64,000 nucleotides of DNA from an uncultured delta proteobacterium. Lineage in GTDB: Bacteria > Desulfobacterota > Binatia > UBA9968. The notes under the pieces were generated by a model. The model searched no databases, was not told the origin of the DNA, and saw nothing but the letters and a program-made list of their open reading frames with translations. Made by a program: the position numbers and the translations under genes. Location: positions 96,001 to 160,000 of the forward strand of contig CAVSLC010000013.1 in assembly GCA_963728565.1 (NCBI GenBank), given 5' to 3'. Of this stretch, positions 9,587-20,544 are shown piece after piece. Each line of letters opens with the position of its first letter. Within the stretch, counting starts at the first letter, position 1.

Positions 9587-10630
9587 TCAAAAATCTCGAT
9601 CAATGATGAGTTGAACGAGGGTTTTCAATCCATTGCGATAAAGAGAGGGGGGCAGCTTCTTGATGGACTTTAGTGCATCTCCAGCATAGTGTTTAGAGAT
9701 TGTCTTCGCCGCTTCTATAGCGTTTCCGGTTCTCAGCGCCGCAAGGGCAGCAGCGATTTGATTTTCGCTCGGCTGCTCGCATTCGAAGGCCTCACAAACG
9801 GCGCTTTCCCTGGCTTGCAACGCAAGAATGATGGGCAACGATGGATTGCCGTCGCGCAAATCCATTCCAGTAGGTTTTCCTAAGAGCTCAACGTGTCCGA
9901 CAACGTCAAGAATATCGTCGACGACCTGGAAGGCGATTCCCATATTGAGACCATAGCGTTCAGTTGCCTCAATTTGATTTGAGTCGGCGCCGGCGAGATA
10001 AGCGCCGACTTTGCCTCCAGTATGAAACAGCGAAGCGGTTTTCCTTTTGACGATTTCTATATAATCGTCGAGGGTGACCTCTCGGTTGCGATTGAAGCGG
10101 CCCTGCAGCATCTCTCCTTCGGTCAGCAGTGAGCAGGCATCGGCTGTCCATTGCACAACTCTCTCATCGAACTTTCCTGCAAACTCGAAGGCTTTGATAA
10201 AAAGAAAATCGCCCGCGACGAGCGTAGATTTAAGCCCAAATTTCTTATAGGCCGAGTCTTTTCCACGCCGGGTCTCAGCCCCGTCAATGATATCATCATG
10301 AAGCAGAGTTGCCGTGTGGATAAGTTCCATCGCGGCAGCAATATCGACGATATCACTTGCTTTTTTACCTCCGAACGCTAAAAAAGCCAGAATCGTCACG
10401 GCCGGACGAACGCGCTTGCCACCGCCGAGAATTGTGTGAGCTGCAATATCAGTTAGTGATTGCTCGCGAGAACGAATCGCGCGCGCCAGCGTCTCTTCGA
10501 CGAGTTGAAGTTCTTCGCCAATATAGCGAAAGGGATCGCTGCGTCCCTGTAGAGAAGGAATTCTGGAGCCCAAACTCGTAAAGGTATCCGCGGAAGATTT
10601 TAGCGTCTTGCTTTTTGTCTCGTGGATCAA
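9587..10630 (-). CDS. Long-chain polyprenyl diphosphate synthase (IspB/HepT-like)
   Basis: GGKRVRP, LLHDDIID, RRG, KTA, FQVVDDILD motifs; start codon uncertain. Confidence 0.92.
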   Translation of the reverse strand: MIHETKSKTLKSSADTFTSLGSRIPSLQGRSDPFRYIGEELQLVEETLARAIRSREQSLTDIAAHTILGGGKRVRPAVTILAFLAFGGKKASDIVDIAAAMELIHTATLLHDDIIDGAETRRGKDSAYKKFGLKSTLVAGDFLFIKAFEFAGKFDERVVQWTADACSLLTEGEMLQGRFNRNREVTLDDYIEIVKRKTASLFHTGGKVGAYLAGADSNQIEATERYGLNMGIAFQVVDDILDVVGHVELLGKPTGMDLRDGNPSLPIILALQARESAVCEAFECEQPSENQIAAALAALRTGNAIEAAKTISKHYAGDALKSIKKLPPSLYRNGLKTLVQLIIDRDF

Positions 10631-10906
10631 AAAAACTCCGTGCGGCGGAGGCGAGAAGAGTTAGCAGGAAAATGTCATAGTTCGATAATCAGGTCAAGCC
10701 GATGTCGAATCACGTTCTAGTCGTGCGGATCATCCGGTTTTCGAAAATCCATGCTTTATCCGTTTGCGGCCGGAATTCTAAAAGATCCATCCAGCTTGCG
10801 TCGGAAAGGTCGACGTTTGCCTTGACAAATTCGGTAATGCCCTAATATATAAAAAAACAAACTACTCTGGATAAGTCCAGTGAAAGGCTAGGAGGAGGGG
10901 AGCTCT

Positions 10907-11602
10907 ATGGAAGCAGCGCATTTTTTCTTTCGATGGTTTCATTTTTTAGCTGGGATCACCTGGATCGGTATCTTGTATTATTTCAATTTCGTCCAGACAC
11001 CGTTTTTTGCAGAAACTGAAGCAAGCGTACGTACAGGAGCCATTCAGAAGCTTGTTCCTCGGGCCCTGTGGTGGTTTCGCTGGGCGGCGATGGTCACCTT
11101 TCTGGCCGGTTTGCTGATGTACCTGATGCGCCTAGGCGAGATGGGCGCGGGACTGTTCTTCACCTCATCGTACGGAGTGACAATCACTCTGGGCGGTCTA
11201 ATGGGGACCATCATGTTTTTCAACGTCTGGCTGGTCATTTGGCCCAATCAGCAGATCGTAATCGCATCGACGAACCAAGTGGCGAGCGGGGGTCAAGCAT
11301 TGCCGACGGCCGCAGCGGCGGCTCGACGCGGCGCTTTGGCATCAAGGACCAACGTCGTCTTTTCTGTTCCGATGCTCTTTTTTATGGGCGCTGCGAGTCA
11401 CTATCCCTCGCTGGTCGGACCATCGGCTGCATTCGGCATCTTCTGGGTTTTGTCGCTGATCATTATCGCCGCTGTGGAAATCAATCCGCTGGTCGGGACA
11501 CAAGGACCAACCAAGAAATTCTTGGATTCTGTTTCCGGCGCATTGTGGGCTGGGTTTATTCTTACCGCTATTTTTTACGTTCTATTGCTTGCCCTTATGT
11601 AA
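10907..11602 (+). CDS. PuuD/urate-oxidase N-terminal-like membrane protein, without a cytochrome c domain
   Basis: RWFHFLAGITWIGILYYFNFVQ, LWWFRWAA, NVWLVIWPNQ, ASRTN, ASHY; strong GGAGG RBS; TTGACA upstream at 10822. Confidence 0.8.
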   Translation: MEAAHFFFRWFHFLAGITWIGILYYFNFVQTPFFAETEASVRTGAIQKLVPRALWWFRWAAMVTFLAGLLMYLMRLGEMGAGLFFTSSYGVTITLGGLMGTIMFFNVWLVIWPNQQIVIASTNQVASGGQALPTAAAAARRGALASRTNVVFSVPMLFFMGAASHYPSLVGPSAAFGIFWVLSLIIIAAVEINPLVGTQGPTKKFLDSVSGALWAGFILTAIFYVLLLALM

Positions 11603-11609
11603 AGGCAGG

Positions 11610-11918
11610 TCAACGAAGGTAGGCCGCAAGATACGGAATTTCTGACTTCAAAAACGGAAATTGCGGCATTACCTTGGTCGGACGTTTTGGCTTATAGTTG
11701 GGCGGGTAGTTACTGGTTAGAACCCGGGTTTCGATCAATTCCTGATCGGAACCTTTCAGGGCTGGCCCTATCGGACCATCCTTCGAAGGATCGCTGTTGT
11801 GACATGCGACGCAATTGGCGATGTAAACAGCTCTTCCTCTTTCCCAATCAGGATCTTTGCTCTCCTGCGCCGCTTGATCCGAGTCTCTTGAACAGGCACT
11901 CAGGCCCACAGCCATCAA
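11610..11918 (-). CDS. Monoheme c-type cytochrome, probable lipoprotein (true start probably ~11945-11952, N-terminus disrupted)
   Basis: CVACH heme motif, GP.L.G, distal Met in VMPQF, lipobox LSAC; upstream hydrophobic SLVIVL is cut by an in-frame TAA or a 1-nt indel. Confidence 0.85.
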   Translation of the reverse strand: MMAVGLSACSRDSDQAAQESKDPDWERGRAVYIANCVACHNSDPSKDGPIGPALKGSDQELIETRVLTSNYPPNYKPKRPTKVMPQFPFLKSEIPYLAAYLR

Positions 11919-12157
11919 GACGATAACCAGACTTTATGAACGCATTTCCCATCTGAGGTCTTATCCATTTGCACCTGCTTGCTAACTCGGCCGCTCGGTC
12001 GCACCCGACTGACATCGTAAAGGTGACTCCGTTTCCATACCAATCGACTATCTCAATGATTGGTGAGAATGAGACACCGGGTTAACAGCATACCTTTCGT
12101 TCGGAAAAGATGATTCGGTGATATTAGAGAAATCCTGGCGTGTATGTTAATAATTGT

Positions 12158-12244
12158 TGGTGCGAAAGAGGGGAGTCGAACCCCTACGAGTGTTACCTCA
12201 CAGGATCCTGAATCCTGCGCGTCTACCAATTCCGCCACTTTCGC
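12158..12244 (-). tRNA. tRNA-Leu(CAG)
   Basis: Reverse complement GCGAAAGTGGCGGAATTGGTAGACGCGCAGGATTCAGGATCCTGTGAGGTAACACTCGTAGGGGTTCGACTCCCCTCTTTCGCACCA; long variable arm, CCA. Confidence 0.96.
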
Positions 12245-12331
12245 GAAGATTAGCGCGCGGCACGCTCTTTCATTTATTAGCTTGGGGCCGATGGGTTGTC
12301 AACGATGTGATTCCATTTACCGGGAAAGCGA

Positions 12332-12847
12332 ATGAGTAAGATTTTAGTCGTTGAGCCCTACAAAATCCTACAAAGAGCGATTGCGGTGAGTTTTTTTCCT
12401 GAACATCAAGTTCAGGTAACTGAGCAGGTTCCAGAGATGAGCGCGCTTGAGCAGCGCGCTTATGATATCGCCATCGTTGATGCCGGAGCGCTGCGCGAAA
12501 AGGATGCGGCCGGCGATCTGAACCGCTGTTTCCAGGACTGGCCGATACCGATAATTTGGCTGGAGGAGAATACTCCAACGGCCGCGCCGGTACGCGACAA
12601 ACTGGTGGTTTTACATAAGCCGATCGTGAGGAAGGATCTCCTCGCGGCGCTGACTCGCTGTCAGGCGCAAGGAACAACCTTTCCACCGGCGGACCTTGAT
12701 CAGAAGCTCCAGAAGACAGTTTTGATGGACACTGACGTCAAGCCGGATTTGGAGCAAAGAGCGACAATTATAGAACTCGTAGATGTCGTTGAGGAAGAAG
12801 CAACAGCTCGTATGCGAGACGAGTGGCAGGAGAGAAAGAAACAATAG
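12332..12847 (+). CDS. Atypical response-regulator receiver-domain protein
   Basis: KILVVE, YDIAIVD, IPIIWL, LHKP receiver pattern plus an acidic tail; 3 nt upstream of valS. Confidence 0.7.
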   Translation: MSKILVVEPYKILQRAIAVSFFPEHQVQVTEQVPEMSALEQRAYDIAIVDAGALREKDAAGDLNRCFQDWPIPIIWLEENTPTAAPVRDKLVVLHKPIVRKDLLAALTRCQAQGTTFPPADLDQKLQKTVLMDTDVKPDLEQRATIIELVDVVEEEATARMRDEWQERKKQ

Positions 12848-12850
12848 GCA

Positions 12851-15608
12851 ATGCAACTGGACAAAGCTTATTCGCATAAATCAGTCGAGGCGAAGTGGTA
12901 CCAACGTTGGAGCGAATCGGGAGCCTTCAAACCATCCAAAGGCGACGGACGTTATTTTTCGATGGTGATTCCGCCACCCAATGTAACGGGATCGCTGCAC
13001 ATGGGGCACGCTCTCAACAACACACTTCAAGACATACTGTGCCGGTACAAACGGATGGACGGGTTTCGCGTCCTATGGATTCCGGGCACCGACCATGCCG
13101 GCATCGCGACGCAGAATGTCGTTGAGCGGCGCCTCGCGGCCGAAGGGTTGAACCGTAATCAGCTGGGACGCGAGAAATTCATCGAGAGAGTTTGGTCATG
13201 GAAGCAGGAAGCCGGCGATGTCATTTTGCATCAGCTCAGAGCCCTGGGTGTTTCTTGCGACTGGGATCATGAACGATTCACTATGGATGAAGGTCTCTCG
13301 CCGGCAGTGCGCGAAGCTTTCGTGCGGCTGTGGGACGATAAGCTGCTATATCGGGCGCAACGATTGATCAACTGGTGTCCTCGCTGTAAAACGGCGCTCT
13401 CGGACATTGAGGTTATCCATCAAGAATCGGATGGTAATCTCTGGCATATCGGCTACCCTTTGGCGGAAGATCCGTCTAGAGAGCTCGTGGTCGCAACAAC
13501 CCGGCCGGAAACCATGCTCGGAGACACCGCGGTGGCGGTTCATCCCGACGACGAGCGCTATCAAAATCTCATCGGTCAAAATATCAGGCTGCCGCTGAGC
13601 GGACGCATCGTTCCGTTAATCGCCGATCCCTTTGTCGATCGCGAATTCGGCACCGGCGCTTTGAAGGTCACGCCGGGCCATGATTTCAACGACTTTGAGA
13701 TCGGCGAGCGATTCGCTCTCGATAGAATCAGTATCTTTGATGCCGAGGGCCGCATCGATGCCGCGGCCTTTCTGCAACGTGGCGAGACCGGCGAATGGAT
13801 CGATCGCTATCATGGGAAAGATCGTTTCGAAGCGCGCAGCCTAGTAGTTGCGGATTTGAAGGAGAAGGGATTTCTCCGGAAAATCGAACCTCACAAAATC
13901 TCCATGGGCCACTGCTATCGCTGCCAAACCGTCGTCGAGCCGTATCTCACACCGCAGTGGTTCGTCGGCTATCAAACCTTTGGCGGGCCCCGCCATCGGC
14001 GCAGTGCGCCAAGGCGATATTCGCATTATTCCTGAAGGATGGAGCAATTCTTACTTTGCCTGGATGGAAAACATCAAAGATTGGTGTGTCTCGCGACAAA
14101 TCTGGTGGGGGCATCAAATTCCCGCATGGTATTGCCGCTCGTGCGATAGGGAAAACATTGTCGAGGGCCATGCCGGCGAATACAGCCTGACGAAAGAAGC
14201 TCAACCGATCGTCTCCCGCGCCGCGCCGCAGATCTGCCCGCGCTGCGGCGGTGATGATTTAGTTCAGGACCCGGATGTTCTCGACACCTGGTTTTCTTCC
14301 AGCTTGTGGCCGTTTTCGACCTTGGGATGGCCTGAGAACACCGATGATCTGAGAAGCTTTTATCCAACCTCGACGTTGGTCACTGCCTTCGATATTCTAT
14401 TTTTCTGGGTTGCGCGCATGATCATGATGGGTCTCAAGTTTATGGGTGATGTGCCGTTTCATGACGTTTACATACATGCGCTGGTGCGCGACGAGCAAGG
14501 TCAGAAAATGTCGAAGTCCAAAGGCAACGTCATCGACCCGTTGGATATCATGGCTGAATATGGCACGGATGCGTTTCGCTTCACCTTGGCTGCCATGGCT
14601 GCAATGGGACGTGACATCAAACTTGCGGAAGAGCGAATCTCCGGTTACCAGAATTTCGTCAACAAATTGTGGAACGCCTCCCGATTCGTTTTGATGAATT
14701 TAACGCAAAGCGAACCACCCCAACATGCTTCTGACCAACGTGCTCTCGACAGCGCGGAGCTTGGCTTGGCCGATCGGTGGATTCGGTCGCGTTTGGCTTC
14801 AACAGTTCGCGAAGCGCGCGCTGCCATCGATGGCTATCGTTTCAACGATTACGCCAATGTTCTGTATCAGTTTACCTGGCACGAATTCTGTGACTGGTAT
14901 ATCGAAATGAGCAAGTTGTCGCTTAATGCGACAGGTGGCGATAACCCTGAAAGAAGCCGGCGCATACTGGTTGAAGTCTTAGAGCAGATCCTCTTGTTAT
15001 TGCACCCGATCATGCCCTTTGTTACCGAGGAAATTTGGCAAGTGCTGGGTGACGGCAGAGGGACCATCATGCTCCAAAAGTATCCGGCAGTGAAACCAAA
15101 CTGGATCGATGCCGAAACCGAAAGGCAAATGGATTATTTGATGGCAGTAGTTAGGGCGATCAGAAATTTGCGGACCGAGCTGAATTGCCCGCCGGCCAAG
15201 CAAATCAAGGTTATCTTCCACGGCTCTGACGGCGATCTTGCGTTTCTTGGCGCGCAGATGCCTTATCTTCGTGCTCTGGCGCGAGTTGGTTCCGCTGATT
15301 ACCTTGCATCGGGAGATCGGCCCAAGGGAGTGGCGACTGCGGTGGTTGGATCGACGGAAATCTATCTTCCAATCGACGATCTTCTCGATCTTGACGAGGA
15401 ACGTGCACGACTGACGAAGGAGATCGCTAAGATTACCGACGAAATAACGCGTTCTCAAAAAAAGCTCGCTAATCCCGAGTTTGTCAATAAGGCCAAACCA
15501 GAGATCATTCAAAAGGAGCGGGAAAAGGCGATCCAGCATGAAGAAAAGCTTCGCACGCTTAAGGCTAGCGTAGAACAAATCAGGGAGATTCAGGCAGGAA
15601 GGAACTAG
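12851..15608 (+). CDS. valS: Valine--tRNA ligase (one +1 frameshift near 13967, probably a sequencing error)
   Basis: [30 protein letters not shown]-terminal coiled coil; ORFs 12851-14035 and 13980-15608 join at PQWFV/IKPLA. Confidence 0.96.
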
Positions 15609-15612
15609 GCAG

Positions 15613-16467
15613 ATGGATATTCTTGTTAGTCCCCAGATCGAACGGTTAATCCGCGATTCCTTAGACGAAGACATCGGCGCCGGCGACCTTGCGACAATGG
15701 CGACAATCTCGGCAGAATCTCAAGGCACGGGGCTTTTTCGCGCCAAGAAAGAAGGTGTTGTAGCGGGTTTGGTGCTGTTGGAGCGAATCTTCTATTTCAT
15801 TGATCCCAAAGTAAACGTAAGCCTCCTCACAAAAGACGGTACTCAGGTGGCACAAGGCACTGTAGTGGCCGAAGCCGCAGGGCCGGTCCGGGCGCTACTT
15901 TTGGCTGAACGAACAGCGCTGAACTTTCTTCAACGACTATCTGGAACCGCGACTCTAACGCGCCAGTACGTCGAGGCAGTGAAAGATTTTGCGTGTAAGG
16001 TGCTCGATACTAGAAAAACGACACCTGGACTACGGACTCTGGAGAAATATGCGGTTCGAATGGGGGGCGGAACGAATCACCGCATAGGACTGTATGATGC
16101 GGCTCTGGTAAAGGACAATCATATTGAAGCCACGGGATCCATCGCTGAAGCAGTCAAAGCGGTAAGACTGCATGCGCCGTTCATGGCTAAGGTCGAAGTC
16201 GAAGCCGGCAACTTAACGCAGGTTCAGGAAGCAATAGACGCGGGCGCCGATGTGATCATGCTCGACAATATGTCGATTGTCCAGATGGCGGAAGCGGTGC
16301 GTCTGGTAAACAAACGCGCTTGGGTGGAAGCCTCAGGCGGCATCACTCTTAACACCATTCGTCAGATCGCCGAGACTGGGGTCGATTTCATCTCGTCGGG
16401 CGCCCTGACGCATTCGGCTCCGGTGGTCGATTTCAACATGAAAATAACCATGAACGTCGGCAAGTGA
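15613..16467 (+). CDS. nadC: Nicotinate-nucleotide pyrophosphorylase (carboxylating)
   Basis: ERTALN, DTRKTTPG, NHR, KDNH, IMLDN, EASGG, GALTHS. Confidence 0.96.
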   Translation: MDILVSPQIERLIRDSLDEDIGAGDLATMATISAESQGTGLFRAKKEGVVAGLVLLERIFYFIDPKVNVSLLTKDGTQVAQGTVVAEAAGPVRALLLAERTALNFLQRLSGTATLTRQYVEAVKDFACKVLDTRKTTPGLRTLEKYAVRMGGGTNHRIGLYDAALVKDNHIEATGSIAEAVKAVRLHAPFMAKVEVEAGNLTQVQEAIDAGADVIMLDNMSIVQMAEAVRLVNKRAWVEASGGITLNTIRQIAETGVDFISSGALTHSAPVVDFNMKITMNVGK

Positions 16468-17291
16468 CCTTTCCGAAAATCATCGAGGCACGGCTGATTT
16501 ACCGCTCGATCTCAACTCAATCCGTCAACGATTAGCCGGGCAACGGCTCGGAACTGAGTTCCACTACTTTGCTGAGATCGGCTCCACCAATACCCACGCT
16601 CGCCGGCTGGCTGAACAAGGCGCGAGACAGGGCGAGTTGGTTATCGCCGATTCGCAAACAGACGGCCGCGGGCGCCTCGGCAGGCATTGGGTGTCGCCGC
16701 CCAATGTGAATCTGTATATTTCTTTCGTTTTGCGACCAAAACTCCCGCCCGCCAGAGTGCCGCAAATCACTCTGATGGCCGCCGTTGCTCTGGCTGAGAC
16801 GTTGCAGTCCTTCCTTCCAGTTCCTCCGTCTATCAAGTGGCCGAATGACATTACCGTGAACGGCAAAAAACTAGCGGGCATTTTGACCGAGGTGAACTGC
16901 GGCACCGAGTCTGTCGAGTTCGTGATTCTCGGCATCGGGGTAAACGTTAACTATCCCGTTGATCTGATGCCCGAGGAAATTCGCCAGCGCGCGACATCGG
17001 TTTTGGTTGAACGCCAAAACAAAGTAAGCCGAGAAGATCTGCTGTGGAGATTGATTCAAGACCTGGACCGGTGTTATGGAGAACTCGAGGTAAATGGTTT
17101 CGCGCCGCTGGCGACTCGTTGGGAGGCTTACTTTGGCTGGAGAGGGCAGCGGATGCGTATTGAGCTTTTGGATCAGGTTGCGTTTCGGCATAGCCAGAGG
17201 CATTGATCATGACGGCGCCCTATTACTCGAAGACGATCACGGCAGACTGCAAAGAGTCATCGCCGGAGACGTTACTCCAGTGAGCCAATAG
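16454..17291 (+). CDS. birA: Biotin--[acetyl-CoA carboxylase] ligase without HTH domain (start uncertain; +1 frameshift near 17182)
   Basis: Frame open from 16454 with [35 protein letters not shown]; C-terminal [13 protein letters not shown] lies in the next frame. Confidence 0.9.
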
Positions 17292-17295
17292 AATC

Positions 17296-18090
17296 ATGCT
17301 GCTCGCCATCGACATCGGTAATACTAATATCGTTCTTGGGCTGTATCAGGGGAAAAAGCTGATTACCCACTGGCGACTGCTCACCGAAGCTGAGCGCACC
17401 TCCGACGAATACGGCGTCATCATAGCCCATCTAGTCGATTATGAAGGATTTCATTGCAACCAGATTAGCGCCATCGTCGTATCCTGCGTGGTCCCGCCGA
17501 TGCTGACAATGATTCAGGAGCTGGGCAAGAAATTCTTTAAACTCGAACCATTGATTGTCGGCCCCGGCATTAAAACCGGAATGCCAATTCTCTATGAAAA
17601 TCCCAGAGACGTTGGCGCCGACCGGATTGTCAACGGCATAGCCGCCTACGAGCGATATAGGGAAGCGTGCATTATTGTCGATTTCGGGACTGCGACGACC
17701 ATCGATCTGATTTCAAAGAAAGGGGAATACGTCGGCGGTGCGATCGCGCCGGGTTTGTCGATCTCTTTGGAAGCGTTGTCGCAACGCGCCTCCAAGTTGC
17801 CCAGGATAGAAATCGTCAAGCCAAGGGAGGTTATCGGCCGCAACACGGTGAACTCGATACAGGCAGGGATATTTTATGGTTACGTCGGCCTGGTCGATGG
17901 CATCGTCAAAAGGATTCAGAAGGAAGGCGGAGTTCAGGCAAAGGTAGTCGCCACCGGAGGATTGGCGCCACTTGTGGCTGCGGAATGTTCGACAATCAGC
18001 GATGTTGATGAATTTCTAACGCTTCAGGGACTGCGGATTATCCATGAACGAAATTCTTTACAAGAGGTGAAGGTAAGAGCGCAAACATAG
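17296..18090 (+). CDS. coaX: Type III pantothenate kinase
   Basis: [30 protein letters not shown]. Confidence 0.96.
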   Translation: MLLAIDIGNTNIVLGLYQGKKLITHWRLLTEAERTSDEYGVIIAHLVDYEGFHCNQISAIVVSCVVPPMLTMIQELGKKFFKLEPLIVGPGIKTGMPILYENPRDVGADRIVNGIAAYERYREACIIVDFGTATTIDLISKKGEYVGGAIAPGLSISLEALSQRASKLPRIEIVKPREVIGRNTVNSIQAGIFYGYVGLVDGIVKRIQKEGGVQAKVVATGGLAPLVAAECSTISDVDEFLTLQGLRIIHERNSLQEVKVRAQT

Positions 18091-18113
18091 CGGAAAAGGA
18101 GGAACCCACAGTT

Positions 18114-20212
18114 ATGGCTGGAACGGAGCTGCAAAACCTTCGAATCCTTGGCATTCTGGGTCAAGGAGGCTCGGGCAAAACCTCTTTAGCGGAAGCGATG
18201 CTGTTTGCCGCCGGGGCGACTCAGCGGCTGGGACGGGTTCAGGATGGCACGTCGGTGTTTGATCATGATCCCGAAGAAATCAAGCACCAGGTCTCGATCT
18301 CAACCGCGTTTCAATCTTTTCCATGGAAAAAGCATTCTTTGACTCTGGTGGACACTCCGGGCTATGCGGCCTTTCTCGCCGATTCAATCAACTGTGCGCG
18401 CGCTTTTGGCGCCGCGATCTTTGTTCTGAATCCTTCGGTTGGATTGCGGGTCGAATCCGAGCGGCTATGGGCAACTGCTAACGCCAATGAAATCTGCCGG
18501 CTTCTCTTCGTCAATAAAATGGATCATGAGGAGGCCGATGCGGTTGAGCGAATGGAGCCTTTGCTTTCAAGGCTGGATGCCAAGGGTGTCCATCTGCAGT
18601 TGCCAATCGGAGCCGGGAGCGAGTTCAAAGGCGTTGTCGATTTGCCTTCAATGAAGGCCTATCTTTACGAAGGAAGCGGCGGCAAGTTCAGCGAAACCGA
18701 AATCCCCGCCGATCTCCGGGCAACGGCTGAAGATATGCGGCGACAGTTGATGGATAGTGTCGCCGAAGCGGACGACGGCTTCCTTGAAAAATATCTCGAT
18801 GGCGGCGAATTTTCATTGGAAGAGTTGAAGCAAACCATTCGCGAAGCCACGCGCCAACGAAAAATATTTCCGATTCTCTATGGCTCTGCGACACATCTGA
18901 TCGGAATCCCCCAGCTGCTCGAGGCGGTGCTCGATTACCTGCCTGCGCCGGAGAAGAGGCGGAATTGGAAGGCACCAATCCGATTACGCGCGAGGTTGAA
19001 AGAAGGGCACACGATCTTGGCGCGCCTTTTTCGGCCTACGTTTTCAAAACATTGGTCGATCCTTTTGCCGGGAAACTATCGGTGATGCGTGTCATGTCCG
19101 GAAAGATTTCGTCGGACGAGACATGCTACAACGCCAACAAACAGAGCAAAGAAAAAATCGGTCACATGTTCCGGCTGGAAGGGAAAAAGCAAGAGGCCAT
19201 CAAAGAAGCCCGGGCAGGCGAGATCGTCGCAGCGGCCAAGCTCAAGGATGTCAGCAGCGGCGATACCCTCTGCGATGAACGGGCGCCGATTCAGTATCCG
19301 CTGCCGGTGCATTTCTCGCCGGTCATTTCGTTTGCGTTAGAGCCCAAGAGCAAAGCAGATGAAGAAAAGGTGCCGCAGGGGCTGCACCGGATGATGGAGG
19401 AAGATCCAACCATCGATCTTCATCGCGATGAGGAGACGCGCGATTTTATCCTGTCGGGCATGGGACAGCAGCACATCGAGATCATCGTCGAGAAGCTCAA
19501 ACGGAAGTACAGCGCCGAGGTTATTTTAAAAGCGCCGAAAGTGCCGTACAAAGAAACCATCCGGGGCGCTGCCAGCGCGCAGGGAAAATTAAAGAAGCAA
19601 TCCGGTGGCCGCGGCCAGTATGGCGACACCTGGCTCAAAGTCGAACCGCTGCCGCACGGCAAGGGGTTTGAGTTCGTCGATCAGATCGTCGGCGGCGCGA
19701 TTCCTCGGAATTACATCCCGGCGGTGGAGAAAGGCATCAAAGAAGCAATGGCCGGAGGCGTGGTCGCCGGTTATCCGATGGTCGATGTGCGGGTGACACT
19801 TTACGATGGTTCCTACCATGATGTCGACTCATCGGATATGGCATTCAAAATCGCCGGCTCCATGGGTTTTAAAAACGCCGTCGAAAAAGCCAAACCGGTG
19901 ATTTTAGAACCGATCATGACGATGGAGGTGACCGTGCCGGATGAATGTATGGGCGACGTCATCGGCGATTTGAACAGCCGCAGGGGCAAAGTACTGGGCA
20001 TGGACACCAACGGCCACACTCAAGTAATCAAGAGCCGGGTGCCGATGTCCGAGGTGCTAAAATATGCGCCGGATCTTCGTTCGCTTACCAGCGGCCGCGG
20101 CGAGTTCCATATGGAATTTTCACATTATGAGGAGTTACCCGCGCATCTAGCCGAAAGAGTGATCAAAGAAGCGAAAGCGCAAACCAAGGCCGAACAGCCG
20201 AGCCAGCATTAA
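18114..20212 (+). CDS. fusA: Elongation factor G paralogue (EF-G2-like), -1 frameshift near 18950
   Basis: [49 protein letters not shown]; divergent G domain; not in the str operon. Confidence 0.9.
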
Positions 20213-20328
20213 AGATCTAAAGCCGGCCGATACGGCCTCACCGGGGGAAATCCGCCCTGCAACGAGGAAGGCTCAGGCGATTCGCGGTAGCTAGCTAGTT
20301 AGTTTGCGATCTTCAGATTGAGGCAGTT

Positions 20329-20538
20329 ATGGAACAATCATTTGATCAATTCAACGCGGCGTTGCTCTATTGCAACAAGTGCGGCCGGGCGATGCCGGTG
20401 AGGCAGCGTTTGCTGCTGGTGTTGCCGGATGGCGAGCTCTATGACTATACCTGCCAGACATGCCATAGCTCGGTAGGATCAAAAACTGAACGCGCCGGCA
20501 GCCAAGCCAGTACCAGAAAGACTCGGATAGGAGGCTGA
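20329..20538 (+). CDS. Small zinc-ribbon protein
   Basis: 69 aa; CNKC and CQTC pairs; GAGG RBS; 6 nt before the next gene. Confidence 0.75.
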   Translation: MEQSFDQFNAALLYCNKCGRAMPVRQRLLLVLPDGELYDYTCQTCHSSVGSKTERAGSQASTRKTRIGG

Positions 20539-20544
20539 TCGAAA

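Noticed and set aside
11950-12157. Genomic island integrated at tRNA-Leu (or at tRNA-Met)
   Set aside because: No integrase and no convincing duplicated tRNA 3' end; flanking genes are housekeeping-like
12053-12339. Short ORFs overlapping tRNA-Leu
   Set aside because: They are translations of the tRNA sequence
13947-14035. Programmed frameshifting in valS (and the other split genes)
   Set aside because: No slippery heptamer or shared signal; many unrelated genes are affected with the same insertion bias, so sequencing error is the simpler explanation
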